DNA of 64,000 nucleotides. Origin: Candidatus Poribacteria bacterium. GTDB lineage: Bacteria; Poribacteria; WGA-4E; JAJDTR01. The stretch is from contig CBDCTK010000002.1 in the NCBI GenBank assembly GCA_965222225.1, positions 832,001 through 896,000 on the forward strand. Direction: 5' to 3'. This document shows positions 40,441-51,441 of this stretch, one piece after another. Position 1 is the first letter of the stretch. Each line of letters begins with the position of its first letter. The position numbers and the translations under genes were made by a program. The notes beneath the pieces are model-generated. The model saw only the letters and a list, made by a program, of their open reading frames with translations. It ran no database searches and was not told where the DNA came from.

Positions 40441-41533
40441 AGAGCTGAAGTAACTCGGTTTCACTAACAGACCGCGGGTTGAATTTTCCTGTCCATTGGT
40501 TCGCAGCCTTTTCTGCCAATTCAGGCAAATCGCCCTTATTAATCTCAAAATCACGTAGCATACTAGGCAAATGTGCTGTGGTTTTCAATTCACATATACG
40601 TTCATAAAGTGATGAGGGATGCAGCTCCTGATAACACTCGTCCACTATCTGGGAATTGAACTTGATGACGTGCGGAAGCATTAGTCCAACCGCAATCCCA
40701 TGAGTAATGCCGTATTTTGCGGTCAATGGATTGGCGCAGGCGTGCGCGGCACCTAGCATCGAATACTCTATGGCAATGCCCGCAAAATGCGATCCTAGCA
40801 GCATTTGACTCTGTGCCTCAAGGTCGGTTGGATCGGTAATCGCGCCCTCAAAGCCGTTTTCAAGTAAACGCCATGCCTCTCTCGAAAATAGTTGTGAAAC
40901 CGGATTCCGGCGCGTTGTAACATAGCTTTCCACGGCGTGAGAGATAGCATCAATTCCCGAACTCGCCCTTACTTCTTGGGGGGCACTAACGGTCAACACG
41001 GGATCAAGAATGACCGTTCGAAACCGAGCCTTCTTATCGCCACACGCCATCTTAACATGACTTTTTTCCTGGGCAATTAACGCAAAAGATTGAGCTTCGC
41101 TGCCTGTCCCGGCAGTCGTTGGGATTCCAATTGACGGCAGCATGGGTTTGGTTGCCTTGTCTTTCCCCCAATAGTCCTCCATTTTCCCGCCATTTGTAAG
41201 GATAAAGTTTATCCCTTTAGCGCAATCCATTGTGCTTCCGCCGCCCAGTCCAACGATGAGGTCAGGTTGTCCTACAATTTTGGCAAACCGCACGCCATTA
41301 GCAACATGCTTCGTTGTCGGATTCTCTTCAACATCCTCAAACACGGCACCGCTGATAGATTCTTCTATGAGAAAATCGATCGCTTTTTCGACGATGCCCG
41401 CTTCGGCAATGCCAGGGTCGGTGACCACTAGTACGTCATGCGCTCCCAGTGCCTTTGCCAATATCCCTAGCTTACTTAACGCGTTTTCTCCAAAGACCAC
41501 GCGGGTCGTAGGTTGGAAGTCAAAGCAGTGCAT
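40424..41533 (-). CDS. Iron-containing alcohol dehydrogenase
   Basis: GLGGGS..DCAK, PTTAGTGSE, DAISHAVE, H..A..L, HG. Confidence 0.93.
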   Translation of the reverse strand: MHCFDFQPTTRVVFGENALSKLGILAKALGAHDVLVVTDPGIAEAGIVEKAIDFLIEESISGAVFEDVEENPTTKHVANGVRFAKIVGQPDLIVGLGGGSTMDCAKGINFILTNGGKMEDYWGKDKATKPMLPSIGIPTTAGTGSEAQSFALIAQEKSHVKMACGDKKARFRTVILDPVLTVSAPQEVRASSGIDAISHAVESYVTTRRNPVSQLFSREAWRLLENGFEGAITDPTDLEAQSQMLLGSHFAGIAIEYSMLGAAHACANPLTAKYGITHGIAVGLMLPHVIKFNSQIVDECYQELHPSSLYERICELKTTAHLPSMLRDFEINKGDLPELAEKAANQWTGKFNPRSVSETELLQLYESAY

Positions 41534-41557
41534 TTCTATACCCGGTATTTGCTTGGT

Positions 41558-42985
41558 TCAATCCGTAGCTGTAATCTGTAACGCCCGCTGCTGATACAGG
41601 AAATCAAAGAGATTTCCTTCGTGCGGTTGGTCCCACGAAATCTGATTTGTGGGAATGGGTCCCAGATTCAGACGATCCACTGCTGTTGAGGTAAGCAAGT
41701 CACGCTTAAATCCACTATCCTCTGTGATGGCAGTCACAACTAACGTGGGGCCAATGTTTTCTAACATGGCTTTTTGAGGCATCTCGACAACACTGACGAA
41801 AGGGAATAGCAGTTCGGTGTTTGCCAAGGGATGTTGAGAATCTTCGCACCAAATGACTGTAGGTAGGAGGAACGTGCATCCGTCTACTTCAACCACCCTC
41901 TCCGACCCTCGGACCGCCGCTGTGATATCCGTTGCACCAGGCACTTTGAGATGATTGTCAATAAGATTCGAAATCTGATTGGCGACTTTCGGATTCGGAA
42001 AAGCGGCAATACCAGCTTCCGGATCATCCAGAGGCTTAGGTTCAATTCGCGACAGGCGCAATGCCAATGCTTCCGCTATGTTTCTGCCACGTGATGGAAC
42101 CCAGACTCCCGAAGCGTTAATACATGACCTACCCCCGTTTTCTACAACCGAGGAAACCATCAAATCTAAGTAGTCATTCCATTGCGCGATCGCATCCCCG
42201 GCAAGGATTACCTTGCTCTGCCCCGGCCCATGAATCTGTACGCGAGAATCCGCTTTCCAAGGGGCAACCGTGGCTCCGCCGCCAAACAGCATCGATCGAC
42301 CACATCGGAGCAAGATCTCGCTGCTCCCTGAATAATCCGTCGGATAAAACCCAAACCCTTCCGCAGGGCAACCTGCCTCAATTAGTGCTTGCGATACACG
42401 AAAAGGAGTCCACGGTTCCAGGCTGCCAGGCTTGAGAACGAGCGGAGTTTTAAGCGCAACCGCCGGAATCCAGAGGGCATGCACCCCAGGAGAATTATTT
42501 GGAAGCACAGCCCCCAACGCATCGGTTTGCGGTACATAACTCAAGTGTCGCCCCCCTTGAACACCCCAGCCTGCATCAAGAACAGAGAAATCTAGCCCAC
42601 GTGTCAACCCTCCAAGAATGGCCTCAAGCTCTTCAAGCACCAACCGAATCTTCGCCATGTTTTTCCAACAGAGCGATTCGGGCATTCCTGTGGTTGCAGA
42701 TAGGCAGTGAATATAATCGTCTGGAGCTTGCGACATGCCATCTACTGGCAGTTCCGATTCTGCAAAAAGCCGTGCCGCCTCCTTACAAATTGCCAACAAC
42801 TCCGAAACGGAAAACGCCTCCAGTGTCCGCCTACTCTCATCTACCTCGTGCAAATCCTTTGCAATCAATCCTTGATTGGCTTGACTTACGCTGGCAATTG
42901 GCTCGCCCGTCTTGATATGAGGCACCAGAACCGTGCTTAAACTTCTGTACGAACGCCCAGCTCGCAGAATCGGAATGTGTATCAT
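41558..42985 (-). CDS. Aldehyde-dehydrogenase-fold reductase (GriD/EhpG/LuxC-like)
   Basis: LPNNSPGVH, LKPGS.EP, FGG, HGPGQSK, GGRSCINAS, ELLFPF, QPHEGNL. Confidence 0.8.
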   Translation of the reverse strand: MIHIPILRAGRSYRSLSTVLVPHIKTGEPIASVSQANQGLIAKDLHEVDESRRTLEAFSVSELLAICKEAARLFAESELPVDGMSQAPDDYIHCLSATTGMPESLCWKNMAKIRLVLEELEAILGGLTRGLDFSVLDAGWGVQGGRHLSYVPQTDALGAVLPNNSPGVHALWIPAVALKTPLVLKPGSLEPWTPFRVSQALIEAGCPAEGFGFYPTDYSGSSEILLRCGRSMLFGGGATVAPWKADSRVQIHGPGQSKVILAGDAIAQWNDYLDLMVSSVVENGGRSCINASGVWVPSRGRNIAEALALRLSRIEPKPLDDPEAGIAAFPNPKVANQISNLIDNHLKVPGATDITAAVRGSERVVEVDGCTFLLPTVIWCEDSQHPLANTELLFPFVSVVEMPQKAMLENIGPTLVVTAITEDSGFKRDLLTSTAVDRLNLGPIPTNQISWDQPHEGNLFDFLYQQRALQITATD

Positions 42986-43035
42986 GGGTACTATACTTTA
43001 AATTAGGGCAGGTTATGAAAAGCGGTATTCCAGCT

Positions 43036-43737
43036 TCATAACGTTATCTTCGCCACCCAGCCAGAAGTCGCATCGCAATAAACGAAGTCTGTGTTGAAAA
43101 TTGATAACCCGTGCGGCTCGGGGTGCGGTTCCGGCACTTCAATTCGGTCCATTTCTTGACCATCACGTAGGTCGAGTTTGACTATGACCCGGTCGGAAGT
43201 GTGAACGACCCAAATGCCATCTGCTACCCGTACAAGACCGTGGCCACGGTCATACGGCAGAGGAATCGTGTGCTGCACAGACCAGTCGGAGATTCGCACC
43301 TTGTGCAATACTTTATCGCTGAGGGTCTCAACCCATAGATAGTCTTCTTCGTAGTGATCGTATTCAACCCCATGCGTGCCGCCTCCACCGGGTAACGGAT
43401 ATCGCTCTTCAGTGTGTCCGGTTTTTGGATTGACTCTAAGTATGTCCGATTCGCCAGCCTTTGCATCGCTTGGGCGCGCTGGTCTCCAGCGACTTCCCTC
43501 ACCGTTCGCTGTCAGCCAAAGCGAACCTCCGCCATAAGCCATCCCGCTAGTATTGGACGATTCGGACGCAATCTCTGAAACGACTCTTGGTACACCGTAT
43601 TCAGACGTTTGCGCCATCTCAAGCAGTGCGACCCGATCGGTTATCTGATCGACAACCCAGAGACCATCGTCGGTCATCTGCAATCCATTCGGCATAGAAT
43701 AGGGCGCGCGAAACAATTCCTCGATTTTCCTAGCCAT
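43036..43737 (-). CDS. Hypothetical beta-propeller protein (Vgb/SMP-30-like repeats)
   Basis: PNGL, SGMAY, HGVEY, HGLV and PHGLS repeats; AGGAGG RBS. Confidence 0.65.
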   Translation of the reverse strand: MARKIEELFRAPYSMPNGLQMTDDGLWVVDQITDRVALLEMAQTSEYGVPRVVSEIASESSNTSGMAYGGGSLWLTANGEGSRWRPARPSDAKAGESDILRVNPKTGHTEERYPLPGGGGTHGVEYDHYEEDYLWVETLSDKVLHKVRISDWSVQHTIPLPYDRGHGLVRVADGIWVVHTSDRVIVKLDLRDGQEMDRIEVPEPHPEPHGLSIFNTDFVYCDATSGWVAKITL

Positions 43738-43860
43738 CTGTCCCTCCTAGTCCTCTCAACACAACCATTTTCCACATGTTGTGGCCTCGCTTGACGACAA
43801 CGTTCCAATCAAACCGTAAGCCTCTCCGGCGCTGCTGTACCGCTTAGCGACTATGGCCTG

Positions 43861-44949
43861 CTAGTACACGCCCACGACGACCGACTCCTGTAATTCCGAA
43901 AATAACCTTAAGTTCTCGACGCCATCCCAAGGATAACGATCAATTGGTTTTGCCCGTTCCGCCTCGTCTCTTTCAAGGAAGCGCGGCATAAAAAATTCCT
44001 TCGTTAGGGTGGTCAACATGACTCGTCCTGTTCGGTCATAGTCGACGGTTTCTCCCGTGTTATCCGGGTTGACCAATTCGATGACCGCCCGCGGTTGGGG
44101 TGGATAATAGATAATCGCGTAATTGTCGGCAGGATCGAACGGTTTACAACACGCTAACCCCATTAGAGTGTTTCCATAGGTTGGAATAAAATCTACACCG
44201 GGGACTAATTCCTCCCGCGCGAAGCGATGAAATTGAGCGTTCATCTCGGTTCCACCGCAAAAAATGCCCCGAATACCCGCCTTCTTCAATGAGATTTTCT
44301 CACAGAGAGCCTCCAGCAATTTCGGTGTCGTAAACAGACACTGAACGGTCTCATGCGCTCGTAGGACGTTCAGCGCTTGGTCGATGACGTGGTTTTTGTA
44401 TCCGTCTAGCTCCTGATGTTTTCCGTACTTGATGAGCTTGTTCACCCAGCGTGGATCCAAATCCACGAGAAAGCAGATTCCCCCGCGATGCTGCGCTAGA
44501 TGTTCCACAGCAAGACGCAGCCGTCTTGGGCCCGTAGGTCCGAGCATCAGCCAATCGCTGCCACGTGGAAAATTCGTGTCGGAAAGCGTTTCGCTGTATA
44601 TCTGGTAGTCAATCTGAAAGTCACGGATGCTGATACGAGATTTCGGAATCCCGGTAGAGCCTCCTGTTTCAAATACATAAACCGGTTCATCCGCGTACGC
44701 TTTTGGCACCCAACGCCGGACTGGTCCACCGCGTAACCACTCGTCTTCAAAATGCCCAAGGATTCTTAAATCGTCGTAACCCCCAATCTCTTGCCGCGGG
44801 TCAAACTCAAGTTTTTCTGCAAACTCTAGCCAAAACGGACACCCGGTCTCCGGGCTGAAATGCCACTCAACGATTTCACGAACATGAGCGTCCAGTTGAC
44901 AACGTGCATCTTTGATTCTTTGAGATAGAGACTGTTTCAAGATTTTCAC
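43861..44949 (-). CDS. GriC/EhpF-like carboxylate-adenylating enzyme
   Basis: WHFSPETGCPFW, FETGGSTGIPK, GPTGP, DLDPRWV, TTP, GGT, YGNT, ERD and C-terminal GVY, as recalled for EhpF/GriC. Confidence 0.72.
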   Translation of the reverse strand: MKILKQSLSQRIKDARCQLDAHVREIVEWHFSPETGCPFWLEFAEKLEFDPRQEIGGYDDLRILGHFEDEWLRGGPVRRWVPKAYADEPVYVFETGGSTGIPKSRISIRDFQIDYQIYSETLSDTNFPRGSDWLMLGPTGPRRLRLAVEHLAQHRGGICFLVDLDPRWVNKLIKYGKHQELDGYKNHVIDQALNVLRAHETVQCLFTTPKLLEALCEKISLKKAGIRGIFCGGTEMNAQFHRFAREELVPGVDFIPTYGNTLMGLACCKPFDPADNYAIIYYPPQPRAVIELVNPDNTGETVDYDRTGRVMLTTLTKEFFMPRFLERDEAERAKPIDRYPWDGVENLRLFSELQESVVVGVY

Positions 44950-45074
44950 AACTATGCTAGTGCTTCACCTTACCTTCTAACGACACAGCATACACCGTGG
45001 TGACGTAGGGATGTGCTGTTCACAACGCTCAAAAAACTCTAATCAATGAGAACACGACTACGGGGTGTTCCCGT

Positions 45075-46532
45075 TCACTCCTCGGCAATTGCAAAAAGCG
45101 TATTCCGACTCGCAATGTACAATACCTTGTCCTTCGCCACCGGCGTCGTGTAAACTGCACTACCCATATTCACCTCATAGAGCAGGTCTTTCTGTTTGCT
45201 TGCCCTGAATACGGCAACATCTCCGTCTTCGTCGCCGATGTATACCTTTCCATCCGCTACGAAGGGTGAACCCCATATCGCCGCGTACGTGTCATATGTC
45301 CAATAGTGTTCGCCTGTGTCTGCGTTAAGGCAGTAGACAAAACCGCTCAAGTCCGCCGCGTACAATAATCCGTCGTGAATCGCGACGGTGGATATTGTAC
45401 GATTGTAATTTTCGTCCCCAAAATGCCAGACGGCGCCGGTTGTGGTGACATCTCCACTGCCCGTGGCATCGATCGCCCAAAGGTGTCCGACGCCCTGTCC
45501 ATGTTCCGGGTCTTGCCCAACTCCGACATAAACCCTGTTGTTGTAGATTACGGGAGTCGCAATTATGGCGTTTCGGGTTCCTCTTCCTCCCAACTGCCAC
45601 ACGGAATCTTTGGGATTGCAGTCAAATTTCCAGAGAAGTTTTCCTGTTTCGGGTTCAAGAGAATACACCCAACCGTCGCCACCGGGAAGTATCACCTGAG
45701 GCACTCCGTCAACTTCTGCGTACGCCGGATTTGACCATTGACCATGCAGGATATTTTCACCGGGCAAGTCGCTTTCCCAAACAAGCTCGCCCGTGTCTTT
45801 ATTGATCGCAATGAAACTCGGGGCAAACGGTGATGGAATGTGGATATGACCTTCATCAACCCCATTGCTCGTAATTACGAATAACAAATCTCCGGCGCCA
45901 ATCGGTGAACAAGTAGCAAGATTATGAGGGAAAACATCAAGCTCTTCCATCATATCGTATTTCCATACGAAATCACCATCGATTTCGGTCATATCGGTTT
46001 CATCTGCAAATGGTCCGTCATTCTCACCATCCCTAAAACCTTCAGTATCAATACAAACGACCTCACAACGGTTTGATATGTAATATAGGCGATTTCCTTC
46101 AATGAACGGTGTTGAGCAGATACCCTGTTGTGGCCAATCGTTGACTCTGCCTGCGGCCAGTTTGGTGTGCGTCGATTGCCATAGGAAGGCACCGTCAACC
46201 TCGTTGAATGCCATAATCACCCCGCGATCTCCAGCAAGTTTGGGATTGCGTAGACCTTGATTATTTGATCCTACGAAAACTTTGCCACCTATAATGACAG
46301 GCCCCGCATAGGTTTGCGATCCCAGTTCTGCTCTCCACTTGATGTTTTCCCCGGTCTTTGGATCCCATTTTTCGGGCAAGTTAGTCTCGCTGGAAACGAG
46401 ATTGCGTGAGGGCGTGAATCCCCACATTGCCGTATCTTCCGTGCGCTCGGATAGCACAGTGATTGGAAAAACAAGTACACTCGCGAAGATGAGCGCAATT
46501 GTTCCGGCTATTGAACTTTGTTTCTTTACCAT
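45075..46532 (-). CDS. Secreted PQQ-like beta-propeller protein
   Basis: Signal peptide; NIKW..ELGSQTY, TG..LW blades, WGSP..ADGKVY. Confidence 0.88.
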   Translation of the reverse strand: MVKKQSSIAGTIALIFASVLVFPITVLSERTEDTAMWGFTPSRNLVSSETNLPEKWDPKTGENIKWRAELGSQTYAGPVIIGGKVFVGSNNQGLRNPKLAGDRGVIMAFNEVDGAFLWQSTHTKLAAGRVNDWPQQGICSTPFIEGNRLYYISNRCEVVCIDTEGFRDGENDGPFADETDMTEIDGDFVWKYDMMEELDVFPHNLATCSPIGAGDLLFVITSNGVDEGHIHIPSPFAPSFIAINKDTGELVWESDLPGENILHGQWSNPAYAEVDGVPQVILPGGDGWVYSLEPETGKLLWKFDCNPKDSVWQLGGRGTRNAIIATPVIYNNRVYVGVGQDPEHGQGVGHLWAIDATGSGDVTTTGAVWHFGDENYNRTISTVAIHDGLLYAADLSGFVYCLNADTGEHYWTYDTYAAIWGSPFVADGKVYIGDEDGDVAVFRASKQKDLLYEVNMGSAVYTTPVAKDKVLYIASRNTLFAIAEE

Positions 46533-46609
46533 TTATCGTTCCTTTATCGTGAAAAATATTCTCTCCAAATCGTGCGACGCCGCATTCGACTAGCACGGTG
46601 AGTGTGTCA

Positions 46610-48835
46610 TTAATTTCCCCAAACTCTCAGGTTATCATAATATATCTCGGCGGGCGAATAACCATAAACTCCTGGACTTCCTTCGCGGTTCGGCAGTGGA
46701 TCTTCGACTGTAATCGTCCACTCGTCAGGTTCGGATGTGCCCCTCTGCCACACCTTGCCTCTGACAACCGCTTTATCGCTAACGACTTCCACAGTCATTT
46801 TCATGGTATACCAAACATTAGGCTCCCATTTCAGGTCAACCCACTTTGCCATGCGAAGGTCTGAACGCCAAGATAGAACTTGAAGCCGCTGATGATTGCC
46901 CTGCATCTCCAGCGTATACCGATTGGCGATAAGCCCCATGTCAGGGAGATTGCGCTTGGGCTTTGTTCCCATTACATCCACCTGAATGGTGTAATTACGC
47001 ATGTTTGGAGGACCGATATATACATTGGATCGGTGTAATCCTCGACGCGCAGGTGGTTTTACAAGAACCTTGTTCCCACTAATCTCTCGAACAACGAATC
47101 GACTTGTTGCACGAACCCAATGCGGAGGATTTTTGCCTTCTGCTATCGATTCAAAATCCACGTACCACGGCAATTCAGGAACGACGCGGACACGTGCAAC
47201 CCCTCGCACGTCGCCAATCTGGGAAGACACGGTTCCCGCCTGTCCAACGTTATCTGTCTCAAGTTCTAACCTACCGTTGTTATCAATCAGACCCATCAAG
47301 CCGTCAAGCGACCACATACCACTCCGTTCTCCCAATAAATTGCCATTTTCATTGAAGATACGAGCCTTGAATTGAACCGTTTCCCCCGGTTTGCTCAAGA
47401 CTTCAGCGGGAGCAATTTGGATTGAAGCAGGTGTGGCATCACTTGTGACTAATTCAGGTTTGCTTGGAAGATATTTCACACTCTTCGGTGCTTCAGTAAC
47501 CGAAAGAGCTGCTAAGCCGCGCTCTTCGTCCCCCAAGCAGTATACCCCATTCTCGGTGGCAAAGTAGACTCGACCATAGGCTATTGCCGGCGAACCGTAA
47601 ATCTCCGCGTAGCGTCCGGAATCTCTTTCAATCTGTTCTGTATCAAGTGAAATACACTCATTCTCACTTGGTCGAAGGATATGGAAATGTCCGTTGACTT
47701 CAGTGGCATATATCTTCCCGTCTGTCACGACAGGAGATCCTTTGCCAACCGTGCCAAGACTATGTGTCCAGTGAACTTGACCGGTTTCGCCATTCAGACA
47801 ATGCAGGTTTGCCGAATTATCTACAACGTAGAGGCGTCCACCGTGAAATGCCGGTGAACTATATCCTGCCTCAATTCCGTCGACACGCCAAACTTCATGT
47901 GATTTGGTAACATCACCCGTACCTGTTCCATCAATACAGACGACACGTCCTATGACCGTCGTGTCCGTGTTCTCTCGATTATGGCTTGCATAGACCCGCG
48001 TTCCATCCACCACCACAGAGGAATTCAAAGCTCCTTGACTGACCTGGAACCCCCACACCTTTTCGCCCGTTGTCACGTCCATTGCGTACACGTGACCATC
48101 CGAATTCCCGTCAATCAATAAACGCCGCCCTTCAAACTCGGCAACCACACCGACGGGATAAGTTGTGTCTTTTGGAGGCCCACCGGGAGTTGCCGTCCAT
48201 ACAACATTCCCGGTTCGCTTGTCAAAAGCAAAATAGCGGTGGCGCATCGCGGCATGGCTGCCCCAACTCGTGTTGAGAAAACTCAAAATTACAAGGTCTC
48301 TGTCCACCACAGGCGTAACTACCCGTCCGCCATAGCCTGTGAAACGCCCAAATTCCTCCGTCAAAGAGCGTGACCAGATAATCTTGCCGTCACTGTCAAA
48401 ACAGGCAAATACACCGCTGATAGTGTGCGTATAAATATTGCCGGTTTCAGGATCGCCAGCCAGACTGGTCCAACCTAGGCGGCTAAAAGGAATTGTGCTG
48501 TGAAAGACATTGAATCGATGTTCCCAAAGAAATTCCCCCGTCATGGCGTCGAAACAGGCAACCCTCTCCTGTTCGGTAATCTCTTCCCCAATGCGGCCAA
48601 TGACGTACACACGCTTGTTAAGAACGATAGGCGTAGATCTACCAATGAAATCCGACTTCCATACAAGATTGTCTCCATCCTGCGACCATGTGGAAACCAA
48701 ACCTGTCTCCAAAGACGCACCGTTTTGAGCCGCTCCCCGCCAAGCGGGCCAATCAGCACCCAACACATTTCGAATTACCACCGAAATAAGTATGAAGCAA
48801 AATACCACAAGTTTTACTCTACAAAACTGTTGCAT
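46610..48835 (-). CDS. Large secreted PQQ-like beta-propeller protein with Ig-like and C-terminal beta-sandwich domains
   Basis: Signal peptide, DWPAWRG, PQQ-type blades, C-terminal YYDNLRV. Confidence 0.86.
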   Translation of the reverse strand: MQQFCRVKLVVFCFILISVVIRNVLGADWPAWRGAAQNGASLETGLVSTWSQDGDNLVWKSDFIGRSTPIVLNKRVYVIGRIGEEITEQERVACFDAMTGEFLWEHRFNVFHSTIPFSRLGWTSLAGDPETGNIYTHTISGVFACFDSDGKIIWSRSLTEEFGRFTGYGGRVVTPVVDRDLVILSFLNTSWGSHAAMRHRYFAFDKRTGNVVWTATPGGPPKDTTYPVGVVAEFEGRRLLIDGNSDGHVYAMDVTTGEKVWGFQVSQGALNSSVVVDGTRVYASHNRENTDTTVIGRVVCIDGTGTGDVTKSHEVWRVDGIEAGYSSPAFHGGRLYVVDNSANLHCLNGETGQVHWTHSLGTVGKGSPVVTDGKIYATEVNGHFHILRPSENECISLDTEQIERDSGRYAEIYGSPAIAYGRVYFATENGVYCLGDEERGLAALSVTEAPKSVKYLPSKPELVTSDATPASIQIAPAEVLSKPGETVQFKARIFNENGNLLGERSGMWSLDGLMGLIDNNGRLELETDNVGQAGTVSSQIGDVRGVARVRVVPELPWYVDFESIAEGKNPPHWVRATSRFVVREISGNKVLVKPPARRGLHRSNVYIGPPNMRNYTIQVDVMGTKPKRNLPDMGLIANRYTLEMQGNHQRLQVLSWRSDLRMAKWVDLKWEPNVWYTMKMTVEVVSDKAVVRGKVWQRGTSEPDEWTITVEDPLPNREGSPGVYGYSPAEIYYDNLRVWGN

Positions 48836-49047
48836 TCGTTTTTTCTTCTCCCGTTCCAAGAATGTAGTGAAACCACAATTAAAGACGTTGAAATTCCAGT
48901 CAAGTTTACTATAGCCCCCGTCCATACGCTACCGAATGTTTTGAGGTAATACTCTAGCGAAGTGTGTACACAGAATTGGCGATCCGAACTCCAAAACACT
49001 AATTATACACTAGAATCATGGATCGAGGAAAACTCAAAATAGAGATT

Positions 49048-50034
49048 TCAAATATAGTCAATTGGAATTCCAATCTTGCCAATGGCACCTCCTGTCGCAA
49101 CCATCGGATATGCCGGGTGCGACCAAAATATCCCGTGTTCCGGTGCACGGACTACCTCACGTAGCTTGCCAAAGACATCGCAAATTTCAGCTACCGGCTG
49201 ATGTGCCTCTACATAATCGTAGAGGTCTACCTTATAATATATGAAACCACCCTCGTTACTCAGCAGCGTAATCAATCTATCCACAAGCACCTGTCTTTCA
49301 GGCAACTCGGGATCCCCCTCGACAAAGCCGTAGTATGCCAGGATGTTCTGAACGCCGCGTACACCTTTCGCAATACTATCTGCGTTCCAACCCATGCAGC
49401 CGCCCAGTTCCGGATCAATTGTCGGAATGTCGATGTCCGGAGCAGCTTGGGCGAGTTGTCCCTGAGGTCCTTTCTGATTGAAAATATACCCAATACCAAA
49501 AACGCGTGCCAATTCAAGACAAGCCTTATGTCGTGGGTGTTTACCGTTCACGCGAACACGCACTTCGTCAATCATCGGATGAATTCCGCCCTGATGCAGG
49601 TCAATGCAATAATCCGACTGAGAGATGGCGGTCTCAAAGAGATGATGTGCAATCCTTTCGCTCGACGTTCCAAACGGCTTGCCCGGGAAACATCGGTTCA
49701 TTTTCATGTCATCAATCGGACTGAAAGCTTGCTTGGCATGGAAGGCGTGAAAATTCACGATGGGCACGGCGATGATTCTGCCGCTCAAACTGCCGGGTTG
49801 AATTTCTTGTAATAGCGCATGAATGACAGCAATGCCATTAAGTTCGTCGCCATCACTGATAGATTGCATGTAAAGTGTTGCTCCGGGTTGGCTGCCGTTT
49901 ATCAACACGATTGGCAGTCGAATTGGCGTCCCGTCCGCTATTGTGCCTACATGTAGATGTCCCTCCAATCTCTGTCCCGGTTTGGCTGCGAGAGTGTCAA
50001 CAACAAGGTCAATCTCCTTAGAATGGCCCCTCAT
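49048..50034 (-). CDS. Succinylglutamate desuccinylase/aspartoacylase (M14) family
   Basis: DGDELNG (His of HGDE replaced by Asp), MNRCFPG, IDLHQG, ELGG. Confidence 0.85.
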   Translation of the reverse strand: MRGHSKEIDLVVDTLAAKPGQRLEGHLHVGTIADGTPIRLPIVLINGSQPGATLYMQSISDGDELNGIAVIHALLQEIQPGSLSGRIIAVPIVNFHAFHAKQAFSPIDDMKMNRCFPGKPFGTSSERIAHHLFETAISQSDYCIDLHQGGIHPMIDEVRVRVNGKHPRHKACLELARVFGIGYIFNQKGPQGQLAQAAPDIDIPTIDPELGGCMGWNADSIAKGVRGVQNILAYYGFVEGDPELPERQVLVDRLITLLSNEGGFIYYKVDLYDYVEAHQPVAEICDVFGKLREVVRAPEHGIFWSHPAYPMVATGGAIGKIGIPIDYI

Positions 50035-50429
50035 ATTTTTCTTAATATTCTGAAGGACATCATAGAGATGTCCTTCCAACCTCCCTAGATATGCTAAACA
50101 ATTTGGAGGGGCGTTTCGCTTGTCGCCGCCAACGCCCGTTAAGTTGGCGTGTCACTGCCGTATGAGAAAAGTAACGGCAACTACTCGTGATGAGGAATTA
50201 CATCGCCGATGTGCTACCTATACGCGAAGCACTACGTGACGATTATACGTTTTCTAGGTTCAATGTCAACAGAAATGTTCCGATAGTTAGACGTCGCAAT
50301 GTCGCTTTGGTCTTCCACGGAGTTAGCTTGCATGGTGCCAAAGGAGCGAGTGTCGAGGCAGGGACCCGCCTGAATTGGTCTCCACATCGTTCCACAAATG
50401 AGCCTAGTTACCCAGATTTTAATACCACG

Positions 50430-51441
50430 CTACGTGGTATGGAATACGACGCTGCGGATTGCCCAGAAACAACTCATCAACGTTTCTCCGATTGCCAGCC
50501 CCACAAAAAATGGATACCCGGGCACGTTTTGAACACCAACAGCGCTGCCGATTTGAAGTTGTGCCTTATTGATAAAGTAGAAAAACACACAAGAAAAAAG
50601 AAGACCCAAGGGCAGAAGAAGTGCTATTCCAATCATTAGCGAATTAAAGCGAATCGGCAGGTTTCCCAAAGCGTTCCACGGCTTCTGAGTAAAGTATACG
50701 TTGAGGTCATAGTCGGTAACGATTTGTGGTACGCTCGGTAGGACGCCATGAAGCCCATTGATTAAACCGATTGCCACCGGTATCGCGAAACTGATGATTG
50801 ACAGACGCTTTCCAAACATTGCCCCGACCGTGCCGTTATTTCGAAGAGAATTTGGATTATTGGATACCAAAGTTTTTCGTTCTCGACCCACTGTTTTCGA
50901 ATGATCGTGGTCAGGCAAAGAAAGATAACCATTAGGAGAAAGATCGCAATCAACCATGACAAGATTGGAGTCATCCAATGCTCCAGATAGCCGTCTGTGA
51001 AAAAATTCTGATTCCCCGCGTAGAAGTCTTGAACTGTAGTTGAATTAGAAATGATGAGCCAGTTGGGTAGATAGTGAAAGAAAGCGCTCTCCAGTCATTA
51101 TCAGGGCTTGCAAAACGATGCGCGTAAGGCATTTGTCCCATCAAACGCGGCATGTTGTCATGACCAGTGAAAGAGCTACCCACGGCAACCATCGAAAAAA
51201 TTACGAGCATATCCTGTTGACTGAGTTCGGCCGTTGGCACAATTCGCCGAACAACCATGTTGAGCCACGTAATTATCAAAAGGGTAAATAGCACATTAAT
51301 CGACAGTGCAACCGTCATAAGATGTGCGGTATGCCAGAGCATCTCTGCATATGCAAGCCAGTACGTATTAATGACAATCAGCAGGATGCCAATGAATACG
51401 GCGCGTTTCGAAATGGGGTAGGAGGCAAGTTTTTTTGCCAT
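50430..51441 (-). pseudogene. Fragmented, truncated membrane protein (DUF6785-like)
   Basis: Three frame-shifted hydrophobic pieces including RAVFIG and RKQWVENEKLWYPIIQ. Confidence 0.7.

Noticed and set aside
44986-45070. Two imperfect intergenic hairpins; another at about 7779..7817
   Set aside because: No U-tract and no recognisable riboswitch consensus; cannot be called terminators or ncRNA with confidence
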